From Octopus sinensis (lineage: Eukaryota), in contig NW_021829830.1 in the NCBI RefSeq assembly GCF_006345805.1, positions 1 to 5,825 on the forward strand: 5,825 bases of DNA. Reading direction: 5' to 3'. Position numbers and translations under genes: made by a program. The notes beneath the pieces are model-generated. The model was not told where the DNA came from. It made no database searches and worked only from the letters and a program-made list of their open reading frames with translations. Positions 1-5,825 of the stretch are shown here, in pieces. Position 1 is the first letter of the stretch, and the number at the start of each line of letters is the position of its first letter.

Positions 1-14
1 TTTCTACGTACATT

Positions 15-46
15 CACACACACACACACACACACAACACACACAT
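15..46. repeat. (CA)n microsatellite
   Basis: Direct reading; one interruption. Confidence 0.95.
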
Positions 47-371
47 CTCCATGTGCATAGACATTCATACATGCATGAACAGAAATCTGCATGCAAATTT
101 GTGTTAACATGACACCCTCTATGTGGACACTCAACCTGTTATAAGTAGTACCCAACACTCAATTTTTAAAATAAGCAGTACCCAATAAATATAGTTTCGA
201 AAAAATCGTCGCGATGTTCTCAGCTGGAACGTCTCTGACTATAGATCTTCACGTTGGGGGTTGTCTTGGGTCTAAGCAACAACGATAGGCCAAACATGCG
301 CACACATGTGCATATGCACGTATGCATTGATTTATACAAATACACACACATGAGCGTCTGCCTACCATCGT

Positions 372-397
372 ACACACACACACACACACACACACAC
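372..397. repeat. (AC)n microsatellite within a degenerate CA/TG-rich patch (~297-482)
   Basis: Direct reading. Confidence 0.95.
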
Positions 398-498
398 TTT
401 ATTGTTGGTATGTGCATGCTTGCGCATTTGTGTACGTCTGTGCACAGGTGTGTGTATGTGTGGGGAGAGGCATACACACACGTGCTGAGACCCTTTTA

Positions 499-600
499 GG
501 CCATGAATGACCATGGGGTTGCACCTAGAAAGTTGCCCTCCCAGGCACAAGTCCGGGTAAGGTTGTTTTATGGAAGACCAGAAGTCGCCCATGCACATCT
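499..600 (-). mobile_element. Interspersed repeat fragment (probable SINE 3' part)
   Basis: ttgcacctagaaagttgccctcccaggcacaagtccgggtaaggttgttttatggaagaccagaagtcgcccatgca resembles a recalled octopus repeat. Strand assignment is uncertain. Confidence 0.45.
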
Positions 601-840
601 CCGGACTTTGTTCTTTCCGCCTGTCTGTCCATTAGCCACCATGTCGTTTGTTTCAAAAAGATCTTCCAGAAATATATTCAAAAGAAACAGTTTAACAGTT
701 TATACATAACATTTAATCATGCAATGGTCTATAGTACGAGCAACTGACGACTAGTCTGGCACACTGAATTCAGCATCCGAAGTCCAGATCCTGAAACCTC
801 GCCTACGAACTTAAGTGACAATTAAATTTTGCGTTTGTAT

Positions 841-865
841 GTGTGTGTGTGTGTGTGTGTGTGTG
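841..865. repeat. (GT)n microsatellite
   Basis: Direct reading. Confidence 0.95.
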
Positions 866-881
866 CACGCACACGCCTATT

Positions 882-883
<2 letters not shown>

Positions 884-953
<70 letters not shown>

Positions 954-1018
954 GAGATAGACAGGCAGATAGATAGATAGATAGATAGATAGATAAACAG
1001 GCAGACAGACAAACAGAC

Positions 1019-1062
<44 letters not shown>

Positions 1063-1134
1063 TAATAGGCAGACAGACAGACAGACAGATAGCTAGATAG
1101 ATAGATAGACATGCAGACAGACTGACTGACTGAC

Positions 1135-1166
<32 letters not shown>

Positions 1167-1182
1167 TAACAGACAGACAGAC

Positions 1183-1214
<32 letters not shown>
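884..1214. repeat. Compound (GATA)n/(GACA)n tetranucleotide array
   Basis: Alternating blocks of agat and agac units with occasional ggca/gact/taac variants over ~330 bp. Confidence 0.97.
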
Positions 1215-1215
<1 letters not shown>

Positions 1216-1224
1216 TGCATAAAT

Positions 1225-1400
1225 GGGACTCCGTCAGTTTCGACCATGAGTATTTAGTTGTCCCATCAATTGAACTACTTAGTCATTGAATTAGCGTGTA
1301 AGTTGCTGGCAGAGTATTCCACAGACACGTGTTCCCTCAAGGTCATTTTGTTGAGGAATCAGCGTGACACAGGTTGTTACGGGACTGGCCCTTTGTACAA
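1225..1400 (+). mobile_element. Decayed interspersed repeat (SINE central domain)
   Basis: gggactccgtcagtttcgac...tattccacagacacgtgttccctcaag...tcagcgtgacacag...ctggccctttg resembles a recalled high-copy octopus SINE middle region. No Pol III boxes are visible here. Confidence 0.5.
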
Positions 1401-1410
1401 CCCATTTTAA

Positions 1411-1565
1411 GGCCTTCTAGTTTCCGTTAACCCAATTTCACTCACAAGACATAAGTCGGCCCGAAGCTGTAGTAAAAAAAACTACATATCGGAGTTGTCA
1501 AGCAGTGGAATCGAAAACCAAGCCCTCTTGATTCCTTAGCGAACTCCTTAACTGTTCGACCACGC
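1411..1565 (-). mobile_element. Decayed copy of the same SINE family as 4573-4729
   Basis: agtttccgttaacccaatttcactcacaagacataagtcggcccgaagctgtagta aligns with agtttccgtcgactaaatccactcacaaggcttttgtcgtcccgaggctactgta at ~4588-4642. Ends in accacgc like copy 2 (gccacgc). Confidence 0.7.
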
Positions 1566-1589
1566 AAACGCTCAGTATTAAGACATACT

Positions 1590-1978
1590 CTGTGCGTATG
1601 TGTATGCGTGTTCTTATGGAAGCGCATGCGTTGTGTGTGTGGTGTGTATAAATGTATATGCGTATGCGTGTGCATGTATTGTGTGTGTCTGTATGCGTGT
1701 GCATGTATGGTGTGTGTGTCTGTATGTGTGTGTCTGTATGTGCATGTGTGTAAATGTATGTGGGTATGTGTGAGTGCGAATGTGTGCATAACATCTGTGT
1801 ATGCGTGTTTGGTTGTGCGCGTGGGAGAGCGTTGTGTGTGCTGCATGCACGCCGTGTGTATGTGTGCGAATGTGTGTATGTACATGTGTGCGTGTATGTG
1901 TGCGTGTATGTGTGTGTACGTGTGTCTGTACGTGTGTGTGTGTGTGTGTATGTGTATGTGCTCGCATGCGTATCCATG
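1590..1978. repeat. Degenerate (TG)n / (TGTA,TGCG)n low-complexity tract
   Basis: Direct reading; it generates the overlapping HT-rich and CV-rich ORFs. Confidence 0.93.
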
Positions 1979-2261
1979 TGTTTCTAAACTAACTAGCCAC
2001 CCCGAATGACACCCTCGAAGACAGTCTTTAGACTGCCTCCTTGTCACCCAGCTTCACCCCTTGTCCAATCCTGCGCATCTTCAGCTACCCGTATAAATTG
2101 TTTCGTCCTGAATCATTGTACCCGGTTCTCTGTGGAGAAGAGGAATTTCAAGAAAGCCAAACCCAGCCAATGGCCGACCCTGGCCGCCATATTTCCTCGT
2201 CTTTGACCCATGACTTCACACTATAACCTCCATATTGATCAGGCTTTCCATCACCATTAAT

Positions 2262-2315
2262 TCTTGTTATTGTTGCTGTTGCTACTAATACGTTTAACGT
2301 CGCCGTCGTCGTTCC

Positions 2316-2346
<31 letters not shown>

Positions 2347-2499
2347 GCTATTGCCGTTGCCTTTGTTAAGTGCTATTGTTGCTAACGCCGCCGTTTCTTG
2401 TTGTTGTTGTTGTTAATATCGCAGTCCTTGTTGCTTTTGTCGTTGTTGCTGCTGTTCTTGTTGGTGCTAATGTTGTTGATATTATTATTATTATTATTA

Positions 2500-2530
<31 letters not shown>

Positions 2531-2538
2531 CATTATTA

Positions 2539-2586
<48 letters not shown>

Positions 2587-2657
2587 CCATTATCATCATT
2601 ATTATTATTATTATTACCATTATTATTATTATTATATTATTATTATTATCATTATCA

Positions 2658-2702
<45 letters not shown>

Positions 2703-2740
2703 TATCATCATTATTATTATTATTATTACCATTATTAGTA

Positions 2741-2794
<54 letters not shown>

Positions 2795-2833
2795 TTATTA
2801 TTATTATTATTACCATTATTATAATTATTATTA

Positions 2834-2879
<46 letters not shown>

Positions 2880-3300
2880 GCTATTACTATAATCATTGTT
2901 GTTAATATCGCTGTTGCTGCTGTTAATTGTTGTTCTCAATGGCATCCCTTTCGTGGCGGCTGCGGCTGTTGATGTCGTTGTTGTTGTTTTTGCTGTTCAG
3001 GGTATTCATACTGTAGCTGCTTCCAGTTGGTTCTTAGCATTATCACCGTGTTAATTATTGTTGTTGCTGTTCTTGTTTCCCTCCTCTTCCTCTTCCTCCT
3101 CCTCCTCCTTTTGTTTTTGTTTATTTTCTTACTGTTGTTGTTGCCAACATTGTCATTGATGTTACTGTTGTTGTTGCTGCTCTTGTTGTTGTTGTTGTTG
3201 TTAGTGGTGGTGGTGGTGGTGGTGGTGGTGGTGGTGGTGGTGGTGGTGGTGGTGGTGTGTTGATGGTGTTGTTGTTGTTGCTGTTGTTGTCGTCGTCATC
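2262..3300. repeat. Compound trinucleotide array: (GTT)n-like, long (ATT)n core (~2480-2890), then GTT/CCT blocks and (TGG)17 at 3205-3255
   Basis: Direct reading; it generates the poly-I/L/Y/N/V/P/H ORFs. Confidence 0.97.
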
Positions 3301-3323
3301 AATGTTGTCGAAAATGTAATTAC

Positions 3324-3398
3324 CGCTGATGTTCTTGCCTGCAATGATCGACGACATTCCAACCGCGACCGTCTCCTCTCCACTTAAAAACAGTGCGT
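3324..3398 (-). CDS. Candidate 75-bp internal coding exon of an unidentified minus-strand gene
   Basis: Minus strand: acceptor tgttatcttttatcttttctAG (AG at 3400-3399), exon ACGCACTG...CATCAGCG, donor GTAATT (GT at 3323-3322). Length is a multiple of 3 and it is a complex, CpG-containing island among simple repeats. Two frames are open: phase 1 (x)ALFLSGEETVAVGMSSIIAGKNIS and phase 2 (x)RTVFKWRGDGRGWNVVDHCRQEHQ(R). I do not recognise either peptide. Confidence 0.6.
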
Positions 3399-3580
3399 CT
3401 AGAAAAGATAAAAGATAACATCATAGACCAATGAGACATACTTTAATCACTGGAGAATGTGGTCAGACAGAGTTTATGCTGCCATTTCTAGCACATTGAC
3501 CAACCATCTAGAAGCCATCTTTTCTGGTCATGTGGCTTTCTTAGAACTACTCCTGCCATTACATAACAACTCTGTTGTTG

Positions 3581-3655
3581 TTGATGATGTATGTGTCGCT
3601 GCTGATGGTGGTTCTAGTGATGATATCGATGGTAGCGCATCGTTGCTGTTGCATG

Positions 3656-3686
<31 letters not shown>

Positions 3687-3720
3687 GCTGGTGCTGATGG
3701 TGCTGGTGTATGTGTGTTTG
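3581..3720. repeat. Degenerate trinucleotide tract including (TGG)8 at 3656-3679 and GCTGGT units
   Basis: Direct reading. Confidence 0.9.
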
Positions 3721-3730
3721 TGTATGTGGT

Positions 3731-3975
3731 GGGGACGCTTAGCTTAATGGTTGGGGACATCGCTTGCACATATGATCGTAAGATTGCAATTTCAATCCCT
3801 GAACCGGGCAGGGCGTTGTGTTCTTGAGCAAAACACTTCATTTCACATTGCCCCAGTCCACTGAGCCGGCAAAAATGAATAATCCTGCGACGGACCAGCG
3901 TTCGCCCAAGAGCAAAATATATACCAGAGAATCCAGAAAACCGGCCTTAAGAACCTATGGCTCGGAAAGGACTTT
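3731..3975 (+). mobile_element. tRNA-derived SINE (second family), followed by a (TTA)n tract
   Basis: A-box-like tagcttaatggt (3740-3751), degenerate B-box atttcaatccc (3789-3799), then gtgttcttgagcaaaacacttca, which resembles the conserved post-tRNA motif of CORE/V-type SINEs. Family identity is from recall. Confidence 0.65.
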
Positions 3976-3989
3976 TGATTTCTTTTTAT

Positions 3990-4035
3990 TAATGTTTATT
4001 ATTATTATTATTATTTTTTATTTTTATCATTATTA

Positions 4036-4066
<31 letters not shown>

Positions 4067-4071
4067 GATTA

Positions 4072-4122
<51 letters not shown>

Positions 4123-4146
4123 TATTATTATTATCATTATTGCTGT

Positions 4147-4188
<42 letters not shown>

Positions 4189-4210
4189 CGCTGTTTTTGC
4201 TGATGATGAT
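3990..4210. repeat. (TTA)n followed by (GTT)n and (GAT)n
   Basis: Direct reading. Confidence 0.95.
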
Positions 4211-4223
4211 GTGAAAGTGACGG

Positions 4224-4430
4224 GCTGGTAGAATTGTTAGAGTGTCTAAGTGACTATTTTGCGACGTTTAATCCAACCCGTTATATTCTGAGTTCAAATC
4301 CCGTCTGGGTTAATTGTGACTTACATACTTTAGGAATCTGTAGAATAAAGTACCAGTCAAGTACTGAGTTGATGAGACTAGCGAATCCCTCCCCACAAAA
4401 TCTTGTATGTCAGTCAGAAACAGTTACTGA
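4224..4430 (+). mobile_element. Decayed tRNA-derived SINE (third family)
   Basis: gctggtagaattgttag (A-box-like, 4224-4240), gagttcaaatccc (B-box, 4290-4302), then aataaagtaccagtcaagtactgag, resembling a common octopus SINE body (recalled, not searched). Confidence 0.6.
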
Positions 4431-4504
4431 TTTTGTTCTTTTGGTTGTTGTTGCGTTTTTTCTTGTTTATATTCTTTTATTCTGGGGACAAACACAGACA
4501 CAAA

Positions 4505-4572
4505 GACACACATATATAAATATACACACACATACACACACGCACACACACACACACATATATATATATATA
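4505..4572. repeat. (CA)n/(TA)n microsatellite, tail of the minus-strand SINE at 4573-4729
   Basis: Direct reading; abuts the SINE 3' end. Confidence 0.9.
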
Positions 4573-4729
4573 CGACGGGCTTCTTTCAGTTTCCGTCGAC
4601 TAAATCCACTCACAAGGCTTTTGTCGTCCCGAGGCTACTGTAGAAGACACTTGACCAAGGTGCCACACAGTGGGATTGAATCCGGAACCATGTGGTTGGG
4701 AAGCAAGTCTCTTACCACACAGCCACGCC
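4573..4729 (-). mobile_element. tRNA-derived SINE, best-preserved copy of a family present three times in the window
   Basis: Minus strand starts ggcgTGGCTGTGTGGTaag (A-box-like, 4714-4725), then GGATTCAATCCC (B-box-like, 4672-4683), then gcaccttggtcaagtgtctt (resembles the CORE-type SINE central motif), and ends in a (TA)n(TG)n tail at 4505-4572. Resembles an abundant octopus SINE as I recall it. Confidence 0.8.
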
Positions 4730-4794
4730 CGAAGAGAGCAAAGACTCCTTTCGGGGCTTCCGTCGTTGGCGGGAAGAATGGAGTAGGTCATCAT

Positions 4795-4865
4795 CAGACA
4801 GAATACTCACGTAGTTCAACCCCGCTTATCATTCTTTCAGGCACGACAAAATAAATTCCCGGAGA
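4795..4865 (+). mobile_element. Highly decayed SINE fragment, probably the same family as 4224-4430
   Basis: gtagttcaaccccgcttatcattctttcaggcacgacaaaataaattccc resembles the recalled family body (gaggtcgactttgcctttcatcctttcggggtcgataaaataagtacc). Direct similarity to 4290-4360 is weak. Confidence 0.4.
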
Positions 4866-5113
4866 GGAGCAATGGATTAGAGGAAACGTTAGAACATTCT
4901 CGTATTTGCTTCAGTTCTGTGAATCTTAATTCTTTGAGGTGGCCGACATAATTCCGTCGCATCGTCCTTAGCTACAATTTACAGAATCCACTCTGTTGGA
5001 AATTCTCAGGATAGGATTGTTGTTTCTGGGTTATTCCCGCTCTCCCTCTCATCTGTCTTGGAGACTCTCAAAAAAAAGTCAAAAGAATTGCTTGTTCCTC
5101 TGAGAAGGAAAAC

Positions 5114-5129
5114 GGTAAAAACATTATTT
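5114..5129 (+). repeat. Left copy of putative target-site duplication
   Basis: ggtaaaaacattattt matches ggtaaaaacattgttt at 5583-5598 (15/16). It ends exactly where the high-identity inverted arm begins. Confidence 0.8.
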
Positions 5130-5307
5130 TTGTATTTCGGAATGGTCATTTTGCCAGTTTATCCAATAAAAACACATGCACTATATATTTGGTGTTAATT
5201 TGCTTCAGCGTTATTAATTTTTTTACATTAATCTTAATCTTATTTCGGCCAGAGTTCTTTCGTCACACTCCTGTGACCTCATCAGTGGTCCTTTGCCTTC
5301 TTCTTTC
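5130..5307 (-). repeat. Left arm of long inverted repeat
   Basis: ttgtatttcggaatggtcattttgccag...gtggtcctttgccttcttctttc is the reverse complement of 5347-5524 at about 94% identity. Confidence 0.97.
5247..5291 (-). ncRNA. Hammerhead-ribozyme-like motif (minimal type I-like), left-arm copy
   Basis: Minus strand reads ggacca-CTGATGA-g-GTCACA-ggag-TGTGAC-GAAA-gaa-CTC-tggcc. It has the conserved CUGAUGA and GAAA boxes, a perfect 6-bp stem II with tetraloop, an NUH triplet (CUC) and stem I CCA/UGG (plus one G-C after a mismatch). Deviations: one extra G before stem II and a 2-bp stem III with a 2-nt loop. Confidence 0.55.
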
Positions 5308-5346
5308 TTATTTGTGTGTCTCTCCTTACTAACGGTCAGCCATTTT

Positions 5347-5524
5347 GAAAGAAAGAAAGCAAAGGACCACTGATGAGGTCACAGGAGTTTGACGAAAGAA
5401 CTCTGGCCGAAATAAGATTAAGATTGATGTAAAAAATGAATAACGCTGAAGCAAAGTAACACCAAATATATAGTGCGTGTGTTTTTATTGGCTAAACTGG
5501 CAAAATGACCATTCCTAAATACAA
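5347..5524 (+). repeat. Right arm of long inverted repeat
   Basis: gaaagaaagaaagcaaaggaccac...ctggcaaaatgaccattcctaaatacaa pairs with 5130-5307. Confidence 0.97.
5364..5408 (+). ncRNA. Hammerhead-ribozyme-like motif, right-arm copy (stem II weakened)
   Basis: CTGATGA at 5370-5376, GAAA at 5394-5397, CUC triplet at 5401-5403, stem I CCA 5367-5369 / TGG 5404-5406. Position 5389 is T where the left copy has G, turning one stem II pair into a C-U mismatch. Confidence 0.5.
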
Positions 5525-5582
5525 CAATATATGTTTCAACACACGATTTCACATCAAAAATCTTGCAAAACAAATATATAAA

Positions 5583-5598
5583 GGTAAAAACATTGTTT
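5583..5598 (+). repeat. Right copy of putative target-site duplication
   Basis: ggtaaaaacattgttt, direct repeat of 5114-5129 with one mismatch. Confidence 0.8.
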
Positions 5599-5668
5599 GC
5601 AGCAAAGTGGACGTTGTGGTTTTAAACCGAGCTCTTTCAACGGCTAAATAGGAAAAGCGTATCTGATG

Positions 5669-5794
5669 GGCTTTCAACTCAATTTCGGTCTAACAAATTT
5701 CACCGCTAGGGCTGATGGGATCCCAGGGTGCCACGGGATGAGATCGAACACGAAACTATGTTGTTGCGAAATGAATTTCTTCAGCACGCTACCA
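5669..5794 (-). mobile_element. Decayed, internally deleted third copy of the same SINE family
   Basis: caatttcggtctaacaaatttcaccgctagggct resembles cagtttccgtcgactaaatccactcacaaggct; cagggtgccacgggatgagatcgaacacgaaactatgttgttgcgaa resembles caaggtgccacacagtgggattgaatccggaaccatgtggttgggaa. Roughly 30-35 bp are missing between the two blocks. Confidence 0.6.
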
Positions 5795-5825
5795 AGTTTG
5801 TAGGCGATGACGACGACGACGAGGA

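Larger units (their letters stand above)
5130..5582. mobile_element. Non-autonomous foldback insertion, probably an inverted pseudo-LTR remnant of a Penelope-like retroelement (PLE)
   Basis: Left arm 5130-5307 is the reverse complement of right arm 5347-5524 (hand alignment: 8 substitutions and 2 single-base indels over ~178 bp). Spacer 5308-5346; unpaired tail 5525-5582 ending ...caaatatataaa; flanked by a 16-bp direct repeat. Each arm has a hammerhead-like core. Inverted pLTRs with an extra 3' tail, variable-length TSDs and hammerhead motifs are established PLE features. No RT or GIY-YIG coding sequence is visible, so the family call is inference. Confidence 0.7.

Noticed and set aside
190-290. 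Possible decayed interspersed-repeat fragment (also 3440-3520), minus strand
   Set aside because: Only a vague recalled resemblance to octopus repeats; no second copy in the window to support it.
884-1214. CRISPR-like or coded periodic array
   Set aside because: Pure tetranucleotide slippage variants with no unique spacers; eukaryotic context.
220-2047. ORFs rich in H/T, C/V and LSIY/LSVC (220-477, 254-499, 362-598, 1062-1247, 1442-2047 and overlapping)
   Set aside because: Translations of CA/TG and GATA/GACA microsatellites; open on both strands and several frames, with no domain-like sequence.
3731-3810. tRNA gene (also considered at 4224-4305 and 4665-4729)
   Set aside because: A/B-box-like motifs are present but no cloverleaf can be built, and each continues into SINE body sequence.
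2366-4231. Poly-I/L/Y/N/V/P/H ORFs, superficially membrane-protein-like or low-complexity proteins
   Set aside because: Products of (ATT)n, (GTT)n and (GGT)n arrays that lack stops in some frames. Only 3324-3398 has exon signals.
4801-4812. Minus-strand GTGAGT splice-donor match
   Set aside because: Lies inside a decayed SINE fragment, and no matching acceptor with a convincing open exon was found.
4234-4854. 206-aa plus-strand ORF and 64-aa minus-strand ORF 4600-4794
   Set aside because: They run through SINE copies and a CA/TA microsatellite; chance open frames in repeat sequence.
4983-5099. Possible second minus-strand exon: acceptor ttttaccgttttccttctcAG at 5101-5100 and GTAAAT donor at 4982
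   Set aside because: All three frames contain stops from this acceptor. An inner GAG acceptor would give an 84-bp open exon (SPRQMRGRAGITQKQQSYPENFQQSGF), but GAG acceptors are rare and the donor is weak. A UTR or non-coding exon cannot be excluded.
5130-5524. Classical MITE or DNA-transposon interpretation of the inverted repeat
   Set aside because: The flanking duplication is 16 bp and offset from the right arm by 58 bp, and the arms hold hammerhead-like cores. Not excluded without a family alignment, but less parsimonious.
5663-5720. Two CTGATGG motifs resembling a hammerhead core
   Set aside because: Core is CTGATGG rather than CTGANGA, with no stem II-GAAA arrangement; they lie at the edge of or within a decayed SINE.

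Overview
AT-rich, microsatellite-dense eukaryotic DNA that looks intronic. The repeat content resembles what I recall of octopus/coleoid cephalopod genomes; this taxon call is from memory and unverified. All ORFs in the supplied track are best explained as simple-repeat or SINE artefacts. Supportable content: (i) long CA/TG, GATA/GACA, ATT, GTT and GGT simple repeats; (ii) several decayed tRNA-derived SINE copies, three from one family; (iii) a candidate 75-bp internal exon on the minus strand (3324-3398) with good splice sites, missed by the ORF track; (iv) the most interesting object, a 453-bp insert (5130-5582) flanked by a 16-bp direct repeat. The insert is two ~178-bp inverted arms (~94% identical), a 39-bp spacer and a 58-bp one-sided tail. 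Each arm carries a hammerhead-ribozyme-like core (CTGATGA-stem II-GAAA). This matches an inverted pseudo-LTR remnant of a Penelope-like retroelement better than a MITE. The ribozyme motif is non-canonical (extra G in the core, minimal stem III), so its activity is a hypothesis.
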